Positions 23,399-33,664 of a stretch of 64,000 bases of DNA are shown here, piece after piece. The translations under genes and the position numbers were made by a program. The notes under the pieces are model-generated. The model was given only the letters and a program-made list of their open reading frames with translations, was not told the origin of the DNA and did no database searches. The DNA comes from Candidatus Latescibacterota bacterium (GTDB lineage Bacteria; Latescibacterota; UBA2968; GCA-2709665), in NCBI GenBank assembly GCA_965222075.1, contig OZ244937.1, forward strand, positions 2,816,001 to 2,880,000. The letters are read 5' to 3'. The number at the start of each line of letters is the position of its first letter. The first letter of the stretch is position 1.

Positions 23399-24526
23399 AT
23401 GGAAAAAAACATGGCACACCATTCAGCAGCCTCTCTATTGAAGGCGGCAGACCGGAAGCGCGAAGGCAGCCAGTTCGACGAGGCCCTATCGCTCTACCGC
23501 AAAGCCCAGACGCACTTCCGCACGGAAAAGGACCTGGAGGGCCTCCTCACCTGTCGTCTGTCCAAAGGGCACTGTCTGCGTCTCATCGGCCGCTTTAAGC
23601 AGGCCCTGTCCGAATACCGGACCGCCCAACGCCTGGCGCTCGATGCTGGAGACGAGGTTGCGCTTGCCGATGCCGTCGTGGGCCGGGGGATGGCCGTGCG
23701 GGCTTTGTGGGACATCCCCGAATCGCTCCGGCTCTTTGACCGGGCGGTGACCCTCTATCGGGCGCTTGAGGACGGCGCCGGAGAGGCCTATACCCTCTGG
23801 GCCAAAGGCGGCGCCCTCCGCGTGCGGGGAGACCTCACCCTCGCCTTAAAGACCTTCCACGACGCCCGTCAGCGGTTTGACGCACAGAGCAACCGGGAAG
23901 GAACGGTCTATGCCCTGTGCGGCCTGGGCGGCATCTCCCGTATCATGGGCCGGTTCGACGACTCCCTCGCATTCTACACCGAAGCAAACGAGCGCCTCCG
24001 CCGCTCCCGTGACAGGTTCGGCCGGGCCTACTCCTTCTGCGGCCGGGCGAATGCGTGGCGCGTGCTGGGCGACTACGACACTTCTCTGTCCCTCTTCGAC
24101 CGCGCCCGGTGGCTCTACGACGAAATCGGCGACCGCGTCAGCTACGCCTACACCGTATGGGGAGAAGGCACGGCCTACAAGATGCTCAAGCGCTACGACG
24201 ATGCCGAACAGAACTTCCGGGAGGCCGAAGCCCTGTTTCGAGCTACCAAAGACTTGCGCGGCAGGGTCTACACCCTGCTGGGGCGGGGAGAACTCCGACT
24301 GCTGGCGGGTAAAACCGGCCCGGCGGATCGGCTGTTCCGGAAGGCCTCCGACACCGCCCGGCAGTTCGGCCTCCGGCTTGAGGAACACCACGCCGAGCTT
24401 CTCTTAAAACTCCTCCAAAAGGAACAGGGAAGGCGCGTCTCCTTCCACGGCCTCCGCAAGCGGTACGAACGCCTGGGCACGACGTTTCTGGAGGATGAAC
24501 CTTCAGTACCATTAAACCTGCCTTGA
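23399..24526 (+). CDS. Tetratricopeptide-repeat protein
   Basis: Repeated ~40-aa TPR-like helices; start approximate. Confidence 0.8.
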   Translation: MEKNMAHHSAASLLKAADRKREGSQFDEALSLYRKAQTHFRTEKDLEGLLTCRLSKGHCLRLIGRFKQALSEYRTAQRLALDAGDEVALADAVVGRGMAVRALWDIPESLRLFDRAVTLYRALEDGAGEAYTLWAKGGALRVRGDLTLALKTFHDARQRFDAQSNREGTVYALCGLGGISRIMGRFDDSLAFYTEANERLRRSRDRFGRAYSFCGRANAWRVLGDYDTSLSLFDRARWLYDEIGDRVSYAYTVWGEGTAYKMLKRYDDAEQNFREAEALFRATKDLRGRVYTLLGRGELRLLAGKTGPADRLFRKASDTARQFGLRLEEHHAELLLKLLQKEQGRRVSFHGLRKRYERLGTTFLEDEPSVPLNLP

Positions 24527-24531
24527 GCCCT

Positions 24532-25500
24532 TTATTTCACCGCAATCGGGTTTCCCGGAGATCCTGTGCCCCCCTTCAACCGCAGCGGTGCAAACACAAA
24601 CGCGAACTCGTACACCCCGTCTGCGGCCAGCCCCTCCAGGTCCAGGTTCTCTAAATTGTAGATCCCGTTCCGGTTAATCAGGACCTGGTGGGCTTCAAAC
24701 GGCCGGTTCGGATCGTCTCCCGGCACCGCCTCCACGGCCCAGCTATCCCCGCCCGTCATCGCAACCTTCTGCTCCACCAGCCACCGGGCGGCCTCCAGCC
24801 CGATGCCCGGCTCGCCCGAATTGTACGTCTTATTGTCCACCATCCACAGCTTCCCGTGGCCCGTCCGAAAAAGCACCACATCCCCCTCGGTAATCTCCAC
24901 CCCCTGTTTTTTCAACGCCCCCTGAATATCCCCCACCGTAACAATGTACCCCACCTCCAGTCGTTCGGCCCCCTTGTATCCGGCCACATCAACCAGCACC
25001 CCCCGTGTGAAGAACACCCCCACGTTCTCGACCCCCAGCTTTTCCAGGCCATACGCCTTGCTAAACTCCGACCGCTTGAACCCGTTGTAGAAAAAATCCT
25101 CATCTCCCACCCGGGTGCCGATGTGTCCCAGGCCGTCGAACTGGGTGCCGATCTGTCCGATCTCTCCACTGAACATCTCATCGTGCCAGACCAGTTGATT
25201 CGCTCCCTCGGCCACGCCGGACGGAGACCCCACAATTGTCAAACTGTAGTGTCGGTTGCCAAACAGCGGCATCCCGTTCTCGTAGACCCTGCCCAATTGA
25301 TAGACCTTCCCCTCTTTAATCAACCCTGCGGCCTGGAGCACCTTCTGGGGCGTAATCCGGTTGATTGCCCCGCGCTGGTCCTCCGGCCCCCACTCGGAGG
25401 GCCACCATTTCGGCCCTATCGGGGTCTCCTGGGCCTTCAACGGTACAACGGTCAGCCACACATACCCAAGTGCGAGAAAACATCCATACAGACACCGCAT
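24532..25500 (-). CDS. Cyclase/kynurenine formamidase family protein, exported
   Basis: GTQFDGLGH, GDVVLFRTG, NLENLDL, LKGGTGSPGNP. Confidence 0.88.
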   Translation of the reverse strand: MRCLYGCFLALGYVWLTVVPLKAQETPIGPKWWPSEWGPEDQRGAINRITPQKVLQAAGLIKEGKVYQLGRVYENGMPLFGNRHYSLTIVGSPSGVAEGANQLVWHDEMFSGEIGQIGTQFDGLGHIGTRVGDEDFFYNGFKRSEFSKAYGLEKLGVENVGVFFTRGVLVDVAGYKGAERLEVGYIVTVGDIQGALKKQGVEITEGDVVLFRTGHGKLWMVDNKTYNSGEPGIGLEAARWLVEQKVAMTGGDSWAVEAVPGDDPNRPFEAHQVLINRNGIYNLENLDLEGLAADGVYEFAFVFAPLRLKGGTGSPGNPIAVK

Positions 25501-25696
25501 ATTCTACCTCCTATCGCATTGAGGTAACAGCCTGTTTCTCGTGATATCGACGCCAAGATAATGCGCCCCCGCCTGAAACGCAAGGGCAGAATATTTCCAT
25601 CGGAAATGGGAATAGAAGGTCGTTGCATTGGCCCGCGCTCCATGCTATCTTACCTCTGCTTCAGAAACTTGTGTAGATAAACTAAGGAGAAAAACA

Positions 25697-26665
25697 ATGA
25701 AAACCAAACCCCTGGGCCGGACCGGCCTGGAGGTCTCCATCGTGGGGCTGGGCGCTGCATTCATCGGCATCCCCGACCCCAACCGGGCCGCCCTGGAATA
25801 CGACGGCCAGCCGGGGCAGATGCAGGATGACCTGGGTGTCCGGACCGTCCACGCGGCTATCGAATCCGGATGCACCCTCATCGACACCGCCCCCCTCTAC
25901 GGCCGGACCCGCAGCGAAGAGATCGTCGGCCGGGCCCTCAAAGAGCGCCCGGACCTGGCCGCTCGATGCACCGTCACCACCAAAGTCGGCTGCCTCGCAG
26001 ATGGATTCGACTACACCTACGACGGCATCATGCGCCACGTGGAAGCGAGCCAGCAGCGCCTCGGCCTGGACACCTTCGAGGTCCTCTACATCCACGACGC
26101 CATGGATGTCCCGGTAGAGCAGGTGATGGGCAAAGACGGCGCCCTGGGCGCCCTGCGCAAACTCCAGGACGAGGGCGTTGTGCGGTTCGTCGGTGTCGCC
26201 GCCAACGAACCTGAAACCAACGCCCCTTACATCGAAACCGGGGAATTCGACGCCGCCGTCATCCCCGAGGCCTGGAGCCTCTTAAACCAGCTTGCCGCAC
26301 AACGCATCCTGCCTGCCGCAGAGAAACACAACGTCGGCCTTGTCATCGCCACCCCGGTCGAGCGCGGCCTCCTGGCCACCGGCCCCGCCCCGGGCACCAA
26401 CTACCTGGCCCGCAGCTTCAGCCAGGCCTGCTTAGACCACGTCACCAAAATCCAGACCCTCTGCCGGGACCACAACATCCCCATGGTCACCGCCGCCCTC
26501 CAGTGGTGCACCCGCCACCCCCAGGTCGCCGCCGCCATCCCGGGCGCTCGAACCCCCGGTGAGGCCGCCGAAAACGCCCGCGCCGGCGAAACAGACATCC
26601 CCGGGGCCTTCTGGGAAGACCTGGCGCACCTGGTCCGGCACTTTGAGGCGGGAGTGGACCGGTAG
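25697..26665 (+). CDS. Aldo/keto reductase
   Basis: LGRTGLEVS, IDTAPLYG, TTKVG, IPGART. Confidence 0.9.
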   Translation: MKTKPLGRTGLEVSIVGLGAAFIGIPDPNRAALEYDGQPGQMQDDLGVRTVHAAIESGCTLIDTAPLYGRTRSEEIVGRALKERPDLAARCTVTTKVGCLADGFDYTYDGIMRHVEASQQRLGLDTFEVLYIHDAMDVPVEQVMGKDGALGALRKLQDEGVVRFVGVAANEPETNAPYIETGEFDAAVIPEAWSLLNQLAAQRILPAAEKHNVGLVIATPVERGLLATGPAPGTNYLARSFSQACLDHVTKIQTLCRDHNIPMVTAALQWCTRHPQVAAAIPGARTPGEAAENARAGETDIPGAFWEDLAHLVRHFEAGVDR

Positions 26666-26712
26666 AGCCCTCACCCCCCGTGAAACCCTTACCAACGGAG
26701 GACCTCTCATCG

Positions 26713-27603
26713 ATGTCCCTCACCCTGACCCTTTTGGGAACCGGCACCCCCACCCCCCTCACCTACCGCGCGGGCTCCAGCTATCTCGTCACCCTGGGTG
26801 ATGAAGCCCTTCTCTTCGACTGCGGGCCGATGTGCGTTCACCGCCTCCTGAAAAAAGGCGTGCCCCCAGAACGCATCACCGGTCTCTTCCTCACCCATCT
26901 GCACTACGACCACTGTGTCGACTACGGCTATCTCGTCTTAAACCGCTGGGACCAGGGCGCCGGAAAAATCCCGGAACTTTTAGTCTACGGCCCTCCGCCC
27001 ACCGCCCGGATGACCGACCGGCTCTTTGGAGAAGACGGCGCATTCGGACCCGACCTCGAAGCCAGGACCCGCCACCCGGGCAGCGAATTCGTCTATGAGA
27101 TGCGCGGCGGCACCCTGCCCAGAAAACGCCCCGCGCCTATCGTCACCGAAGTCGCCCACGGCGACGTGGTAGAAAAGAAGGGATGGCGCGTGAAAGTGGC
27201 CGAAGTGATCCACACCCAGCCTCAGCTCACCTGCCTCGCCTATCGCCTGGACACGCCCGACCGCGTCGTCGTCTTTGGAGGCGACACCGCGCCGATAGAG
27301 CGCCTCACCGAACTGTCGGAGGGCGCTGATATCCTGCTGCACATGTGCCACCTCGTCAACAATGCCGTCACCGACCCCAGAATCACAGGCTGTTGTTCGG
27401 GGCACTTAGACGCGGCACGCACCGCACGCGACGCCGGCGTCAACACCCTGGTTCTCGTCCACATCACCGAACAGGTCGAACGTCCCGGCATCCGCGAGCG
27501 GGTCCTGCACGAAGCGGGTGAAATCTTCGACGGCCACATCATCTTTGGCGAAGACCTCCTGGACGTTCCGCTGGGCGACATCGCGCCGGAGAAGATCCAG
27601 TAG
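26713..27603 (+). CDS. MBL-fold metallohydrolase (RNase Z/AtsA-like), paralog 1
   Basis: LLGTGTP, FDCG, THLHYDH, GDT. Confidence 0.9.
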   Translation: MSLTLTLLGTGTPTPLTYRAGSSYLVTLGDEALLFDCGPMCVHRLLKKGVPPERITGLFLTHLHYDHCVDYGYLVLNRWDQGAGKIPELLVYGPPPTARMTDRLFGEDGAFGPDLEARTRHPGSEFVYEMRGGTLPRKRPAPIVTEVAHGDVVEKKGWRVKVAEVIHTQPQLTCLAYRLDTPDRVVVFGGDTAPIERLTELSEGADILLHMCHLVNNAVTDPRITGCCSGHLDAARTARDAGVNTLVLVHITEQVERPGIRERVLHEAGEIFDGHIIFGEDLLDVPLGDIAPEKIQ

Positions 27604-27620
27604 GGGCAGGTCTCCCCTAC
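27600..27620. repeat. Short GTAG REP hairpin between the duplicated hydrolases
   Basis: GTAGGGG-CAGGTCT-CCCCTAC. Confidence 0.55.
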
Positions 27621-27656
27621 GACAACAAACCACCTGATCCAGAAAGAGACCCCCCT

Positions 27657-28547
27657 ATGTCCCTTACCCTGACACTCCTGGGAACCGGCTCCCCCACACC
27701 ACTCCTGTACCGCGCGGGATCGAGCTATCTCGTCACGCTTGGTGATGAAACCCTCCTCTTCGATTGCGGCCCGGCGTGCGTCCAGCGCCTCCTCAAGAAG
27801 GGCGTACCGCCCAAACGAATCACCAGCCTCTTCCTGACCCATTTCCACTACGACCATTGTGCCGACTACGGCTATCTCGTCATCAACCGCTGGGATCTGG
27901 ACGCCGGTCAGAACCCGGAACTGGATGTCTACGGTCCTCCGCACACCGCCCGTATGACCGAGCTCCTCTTCGGAGAAACCGGAGTCTACGGCCCCGACCT
28001 CGCGGCCAGAACTCAGCGTCCGGGCAGCCAGTTCATCTATGAAGTGCGTGGGGGAACATTGCCCAGAAAGCGTCCCCAACCGGCCGTTACCGAGGTCGCC
28101 CACGGCTCCATTGTGAAAAAAGAGAACTGGCGCGTAAAGGTAGCCGAAGTCGCCCATGCCCAGCCCTACCTGATCTGCCTTGCCTACCGGCTGGACATCC
28201 TGAACCGGTCGATCGTCTTTGGAGGGGATACAGCGCCCACAGAGACCCTCACCGAACTGGCCAGTGGCGCCGACGTCCTGCTGCACATGTGTCACTATGT
28301 CAACGGCGCGGTTGAAGACCCCAGAATAAGAGCCGGCTGTTCTGGCCACTTAGACGCGGCACGCACCGCACGCGACGCCGGCGTCAACACCCTGGTTCTC
28401 GTCCACATCACCGAACAACTGGAACGCCCCGGCATCCGCGAGCGGGTCCTGTACGAGGCCGGCGAAATCTTCGACGGCCACATCATCTTTGGCGAAGACC
28501 TCCTGGAGGTCCCGCTGGGCGACATCGCGCCGGAGAAGATCCAGTAG
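27657..28547 (+). CDS. MBL-fold metallohydrolase, paralog 2
   Basis: THFHYDH; highly similar to the preceding gene. Confidence 0.9.
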   Translation: MSLTLTLLGTGSPTPLLYRAGSSYLVTLGDETLLFDCGPACVQRLLKKGVPPKRITSLFLTHFHYDHCADYGYLVINRWDLDAGQNPELDVYGPPHTARMTELLFGETGVYGPDLAARTQRPGSQFIYEVRGGTLPRKRPQPAVTEVAHGSIVKKENWRVKVAEVAHAQPYLICLAYRLDILNRSIVFGGDTAPTETLTELASGADVLLHMCHYVNGAVEDPRIRAGCSGHLDAARTARDAGVNTLVLVHITEQLERPGIRERVLYEAGEIFDGHIIFGEDLLEVPLGDIAPEKIQ

Positions 28548-28574
28548 GGGCAGATTTCTTAAAGGAGGCAGAAC

Positions 28575-29630
28575 ATGGGCCAGACCGCACGCGCGTCCGT
28601 CATGGTCGGAGAACGGTTTGAAATCCGGGAGTACCCCGTGCCCGAACCGGGGCCCGGGACCATTCTCTTAAAGCAGGAACTGGGCGGCATCTGCGGCACG
28701 GACCTCCACAACTGGGAGTATCAACAGCTGGAGGGAGAAATCATCCTGGGCCACGAAAACGTCGGCATCGTCCACAAACTGGGTCAGGGCGCCGAAACCG
28801 ACTACCTGGGGCGACCGCTCAGCGTCGGCGACCGCGTCATCCTGGCTCCCGGCACAAACAAAGGCGCCTACGGATTCATGCAGGCCGAGGAAGAGCCATA
28901 CTTGCGGGGTGGATTCGCCGACTACATCTACCTCTGGAACCCCGACAGCGTGGTCCTCAAAACGGACCTGTCCCCCGAGATCGCGGTCCTCACCGAACCC
29001 TTCACCATCGGCGTGCACGCCGTCATGAGGGCCCGCATCCAGTTTGGAGACACCGTCGTCGTCCAGGGCACCGGGGCCATCGGCCTGGTCACCCTCATCT
29101 GCGCCAGAATCAGCGGCGCTGCCCGGCTCATCATGGTCGGCGGTCCCCCGGGCCGTCTGGAACTGGCGAAAAAGATGGGCGCCGACGTCACCATCGACAT
29201 CGGCGAAATCAAAGACCCCGAAGCGCGCACAAAACGCGTCCTGGAAAACACCCCCCAGGGCAGGGGCGCCGACGTGGTCTTTGAATGCGCGGGCTTCCTC
29301 CCCGCCCTGCCCGAAGGCCTGGGCTACGTACGCCAGAGCGGCACCTACGTGGAAATGGGGCACTTCGTGGATGTCGGTACCATCGACTTCAACCCCAACC
29401 GGCTGCTGATGCGCAAAAACCTCCGCCTCGAAGCCATCTGGGGCAGCCGCCCCGAACACTTCGTGCGCGGCCTGCCCATCCTGGAACGAAACGAATTCCC
29501 CTTCGCCGAAATGGTCAGCCACATCCTCCCTTTAGACCGGGTCGCCGAAGGTTTCAACGCCCTCTCCGGCGGCTACCGCTTAGATGGGAGGGACGCCATT
29601 AAGATTGCGGTCAAAGGTGGAGTGGAATAA
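28575..29630 (+). CDS. Zinc-binding alcohol dehydrogenase family
   Basis: GICGTD, GHE, GTGAIG. Confidence 0.9.
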   Translation: MGQTARASVMVGERFEIREYPVPEPGPGTILLKQELGGICGTDLHNWEYQQLEGEIILGHENVGIVHKLGQGAETDYLGRPLSVGDRVILAPGTNKGAYGFMQAEEEPYLRGGFADYIYLWNPDSVVLKTDLSPEIAVLTEPFTIGVHAVMRARIQFGDTVVVQGTGAIGLVTLICARISGAARLIMVGGPPGRLELAKKMGADVTIDIGEIKDPEARTKRVLENTPQGRGADVVFECAGFLPALPEGLGYVRQSGTYVEMGHFVDVGTIDFNPNRLLMRKNLRLEAIWGSRPEHFVRGLPILERNEFPFAEMVSHILPLDRVAEGFNALSGGYRLDGRDAIKIAVKGGVE

Positions 29631-29650
29631 GAGGGGTCAAGAGAAAAACC

Positions 29651-29702
29651 GATTGTGGAATGCGGATTGCGGAATGATGCTTTTCAATCCGAAATCCGAA
29701 AT
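29651..29702. repeat. Inverted heptamer-repeat element (TGCGGAT/AATCCGA)
   Basis: Similar copy at 56313-56363. Confidence 0.65.
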
Positions 29703-29726
29703 AACCTTCTGCCTTCTGTTTTTACC

Positions 29727-31655
29727 ATGACGCGACGCGCCTTCCTCCTTGGCCTGGTCATGGCCGTGGTGATCAACCTCTGGCCGACCTACTCCAGCCT
29801 GATCGTCCACTCCTCGCGGGCGGACTATGCCCACCTCTCGGTGGCCTTTCTCATCCCCTTCATCTGCCTGCTGGGGCTCAACCTCCTGCTGGAGCGCAAG
29901 GGACAGGGCCTCTCCGCCTCGGAACTGCTGACCATCTGCTGCATCGGCATGGTTGCCGCTACCATGCAGGGCGAATGGCTCTCCGGCTACTTCTTAGGGG
30001 TCACCACCGCCCCCACCTATTTTGCCACCCCGGAAAATCGGTGGGGGGAACTTCTGCTCCATCACATGCCCCGCTGGAGCATCGTGGCCGACAGGCAGGC
30101 CACCGCCGGGTTCTACGAAAGCCTGATGAAGGGAGACACCTTTCCATGGGGGGCCTGGGGCGCCCCGCTCTTCTGGTGGACAAGCTTCTTCGGAGCGGTT
30201 CTGACGGCCAGCTTCTGTCTGGTGATCATCCTGCGAAAGCAGTGGATGGAACACGAACGGCTCACCTTTCCCATCGCCGCTGCCCTGCTGGAACTGACCG
30301 GGGTCTCCGGCTCGGTGGGAACCCTTCAGAACCTGATCCGTTCCCGGCCTTTTCGAATAGGCTTCGGCATTGTCCTGGGCATCATCTGCTGGAACATCGT
30401 CACCTGGTTTGCGACAACCTTCCCTTCGCTTCCCGTACTGACCCGGCGGGACATCCCCATCGCGAAGGGCTTTCCAAGCCTCCGTGTCATCGTCCACCCG
30501 ATGACCATCGCATTCGGCTACTTCACCAAATCGGAAGTCCTGCTCAGCATCTGGGTCTTCCACCTGCTGGCCATCCTGCAGGTGGGCATCTTCGACCGCA
30601 CGGGCTTCAGCATCGGCGGCTCCGACCCCTGGTGTTCCTTCGATCCGGCCATCGGCTGGCAGAGCTTCGGGGGGATGATCGTCTTTGTGGGCTGGGGCCT
30701 CTGGACGGCCCGTTCCCACCTCTCGGCCGTCTTCCAGACGGCATTCACAGCACGGGGAAACATCCAGGATGCCGGAGAACTCCTCTCCTGCCGAACGGCC
30801 GTCTATCTGCTGCTCGCCTGCAGCCTCTACCTGATCTTATGGCTTCACCACGCCGGCATGGAATGGGGGCCCCTGCTGGCCTTCTGGTTCGGCACCCTGA
30901 TCCTCTACCTCGGATTGGCACGCATCATCGTGGAAAGCGGGCTCGTCTTCCTCCGGGGGCCCATCACCGCTCAGGCCTTCACCTGGCACCTCTTCGGCAT
31001 TGCCGGCATGGGACCGGCCAGCGCGGTCAGCCTGGGGCTTACCTACACCTTCTTCTGCGACGCCAAAACCTTCGGCATCACGGCGCTTGCCCACATCCCC
31101 CGCCTCGGCACTGCCATGGCCTCCACGCATCGCCGGTTTCTGGTCCCGGCCGTACTCCTGGCCGCCCTGGCCGGGGCCAGCGCGGCCGTCGGCTACACCC
31201 TCCACCAGGGCTACTACACCGTTGGGAGCTACAACTTCGGGGCCTCCAGCTTCAACGGCTCGGCAGACGGCGCCGTGGGAATCTGGCGGCTCACCGCCAA
31301 CCGCATCCAGCACGGCACGTTCGGAACCGACTGGAACCGCGTTCAATTCCTCGGCATCGGCGCGGCCTTCACCGGACTCCTGTTCTACCTGCGCTACCGC
31401 TTTCCCACCTTTCCCATCCACCCCATCGGATTTACCATCTCCTCCTCCGCCTTTTTGAGAAACAGCGTTTCATCCATCTTCTTAGTCTGGCTGGCCAAAA
31501 CCCTGCTGCTCAAACTCGGAGGCTTAGAGCGCTACCGGCGCACGGCGCCCCTCTTCCTGGGCATCGCCCTGGGCTACTTGACCGGCATCGGGCTGGGGCT
31601 CCTCATCGACATCATCTGGTTCAACGGAAACGGACACCTCGTCAACAGACCTTAA
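29727..31655 (+). CDS. Polytopic membrane protein, DUF6785/DUF6784-like putative peptide transporter
   Basis: RKQWMEHERLTFPI, FPIHPIG; many TM helices. Confidence 0.75.
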   Translation: MTRRAFLLGLVMAVVINLWPTYSSLIVHSSRADYAHLSVAFLIPFICLLGLNLLLERKGQGLSASELLTICCIGMVAATMQGEWLSGYFLGVTTAPTYFATPENRWGELLLHHMPRWSIVADRQATAGFYESLMKGDTFPWGAWGAPLFWWTSFFGAVLTASFCLVIILRKQWMEHERLTFPIAAALLELTGVSGSVGTLQNLIRSRPFRIGFGIVLGIICWNIVTWFATTFPSLPVLTRRDIPIAKGFPSLRVIVHPMTIAFGYFTKSEVLLSIWVFHLLAILQVGIFDRTGFSIGGSDPWCSFDPAIGWQSFGGMIVFVGWGLWTARSHLSAVFQTAFTARGNIQDAGELLSCRTAVYLLLACSLYLILWLHHAGMEWGPLLAFWFGTLILYLGLARIIVESGLVFLRGPITAQAFTWHLFGIAGMGPASAVSLGLTYTFFCDAKTFGITALAHIPRLGTAMASTHRRFLVPAVLLAALAGASAAVGYTLHQGYYTVGSYNFGASSFNGSADGAVGIWRLTANRIQHGTFGTDWNRVQFLGIGAAFTGLLFYLRYRFPTFPIHPIGFTISSSAFLRNSVSSIFLVWLAKTLLLKLGGLERYRRTAPLFLGIALGYLTGIGLGLLIDIIWFNGNGHLVNRP

Positions 31656-31669
31656 ATGGAGGACTTTTC

Positions 31670-33217
31670 ATGCGGTTCGACACCCTCATCCGCAACAGCA
31701 CCGTCGTCGACGGCGCCGGCATTCGAGACCCCTTTCCCTCCGACCTGGGCATCACAGGCGACCGCATCGCCGCCCTGGGTGATCTCAAGGACGCGCAGGC
31801 GGACCGGGTGATCAACGCGGCAGACCGGATCGTCAGCCCCGGCTTCATCGACGTCCACGTCCACTCCGAAATCGCCCTCCTCACCGGCAGGGACCAATTC
31901 GCCGGTATCCAGCAGGGCGTCACTACCCAGCTCACCGCGCCCGATGGCTTCGGCTGGACCGGCCTCTCTCCCGAGCAGACCCAACAGATGTGGGAGTACA
32001 CCCGCTTCGCTACCGGAGAGGTCGACTTCGACATCGGCTGTCCCACCCTCGAAGACTACCTCTCTCTCTTCCCGGGAAACACCCCCTGCAACGTCTACCC
32101 CCAGGTCCCCCACTGCGCCATCCGCCTCAGCGTCTGCGGCTGGGACCCCGCCCCGGCCAGCGACAACCAGACCGCCGCCATGGCCGACCTCACCCGGGCA
32201 TGGATGGACGCCGGTGCCGGCTGCCTCTGCCTGGGCCTGGACTACCAGCCCAGCGCCAACGCCGACCTGCGCGAACTCGTCGCCCTCTGCAAAGTCGCCG
32301 CATCGTATGGCGGCATCTACGCCGCCCACATCCGCTATCACACCCTCGGCCGGACGGCCGCCTGGGAAGAAACGATCGATCTTTCCCGCCAGGCCAACAT
32401 TCCCGTCCACATCTCCCACGAAAGGGTAGACGACGAATCCGCCGACCTCCTCGACCGTGTCGACCGCGAGGACATCGACCTCACCTTCGAGTCCTACCTC
32501 TACCCCGCCGGCATGAGCCACATGACCATCATGCTCCCCGTCGAATACCAGATCGGCACGCCCGAGGAGGTTATCGGACGCCTGAAAGATCCCGACATTC
32601 GGGAAAAGACCCTCCCTCACCTCTCAGGATGGCTCGGCGAATGCAATCAAACCGTCGGCTACACCTGCTCCGGGCGCTATATCGGCCGGACCCTCTCCGA
32701 AATCGCCGCAGAAGCCGGCAAATCCCCCGAGGCCTTCGCCTACGACCTCATCCTCGAAGAAGAGGGCCTCTCTGCCTTCATCTTCCCCTGGCAGGTCCCC
32801 TCTGAAGAGGCCGAAAGCACCATCGCCCGAACCGCTGTCCACCCTCGCATGCTGGTCGCCAGCGACGGCATCTACAACATCCCCCATCCCCACCCCAGAG
32901 GCTTCGGCTGCTTCGCCCGCGTTCCCGGCCGCTTCGTCCGGGAGAAAAAGCTCCTCTCTCTGAAGGAAGCCATATACAAAATGAGCGGCTTCCCCGCCCG
33001 CCGCTACGGCCTCAAAGACCGGGGAGAGATCGCAAGAGGCAAGGCCGCCGACCTCGTCATCTTCGATCCCCAGACCGTGCACGCCTGCGCCACGTTTGAG
33101 GACCCCATTCAGCCCCCGGTCGGTATCGATTATGTGATGGTCAACGGTGAACTGGCCGTCGAAAACGGCACGCCCACGGGGAAGTTGCCCGGTCGGGTGT
33201 TGCAACGCTCTGCCTGA
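31670..33217 (+). CDS. N-acyl-D-amino-acid deacylase (amidohydrolase)
   Basis: PGFIDVHVHS, PVHISH, HPRGFG, GKAADLVIFDP. Confidence 0.9.
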   Translation: MRFDTLIRNSTVVDGAGIRDPFPSDLGITGDRIAALGDLKDAQADRVINAADRIVSPGFIDVHVHSEIALLTGRDQFAGIQQGVTTQLTAPDGFGWTGLSPEQTQQMWEYTRFATGEVDFDIGCPTLEDYLSLFPGNTPCNVYPQVPHCAIRLSVCGWDPAPASDNQTAAMADLTRAWMDAGAGCLCLGLDYQPSANADLRELVALCKVAASYGGIYAAHIRYHTLGRTAAWEETIDLSRQANIPVHISHERVDDESADLLDRVDREDIDLTFESYLYPAGMSHMTIMLPVEYQIGTPEEVIGRLKDPDIREKTLPHLSGWLGECNQTVGYTCSGRYIGRTLSEIAAEAGKSPEAFAYDLILEEEGLSAFIFPWQVPSEEAESTIARTAVHPRMLVASDGIYNIPHPHPRGFGCFARVPGRFVREKKLLSLKEAIYKMSGFPARRYGLKDRGEIARGKAADLVIFDPQTVHACATFEDPIQPPVGIDYVMVNGELAVENGTPTGKLPGRVLQRSA

Positions 33218-33401
33218 GACGGGGAACACCAGCTTGGGGGCATTGTTTTCACCCTTGATTTCTGATCAAAATGCGCCTATATTTTCGACTTTAGTGAATG
33301 ATTCAGGTTCAAAAGGCCTGGACATACGCATCGTGGATAGAGACGCTGCGGCGGATCTGAAAAACACCGGTTCAAACGGCTGATCAAAAGGAGGAAGAGC
33401 T

Positions 33402-33644
33402 ATGGAGCGCGAAGAGATTAAAGCGCAGGTCTACAGCGTCATCGCGCAGGCCCTCAAGATTGACCCCGAACAGATTCAGGAAGAGCACATGTTCACGGCC
33501 GACCTGGGCGCCGAATCCGTCCAGTCCGTCGAACTGATGGCCGGCTTCGAGGAAGTCTTCGACATCGAAATGGACGAGGACGAGGCCCTGGCCGTGCAGT
33601 CCGTCGGAGGGGCCATCGACTTTATCGCGAAATATGTGAATTGA
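33402..33644 (+). CDS. Acyl carrier protein
   Basis: Acidic, 80 aa; DLGAESVQSVEL (Ser attachment site); strong RBS. Confidence 0.88.
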   Translation: MEREEIKAQVYSVIAQALKIDPEQIQEEHMFTADLGAESVQSVELMAGFEEVFDIEMDEDEALAVQSVGGAIDFIAKYVN

Positions 33645-33664
33645 GGGAAGAGGAGGATCACACC

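Noticed and set aside
29975-31669. N-terminal half of the 1080-aa ORF as a fusion protein
   Set aside because: Alternate frame overlapping the membrane protein gene; the deacylase starts at 31670 with its own RBS.
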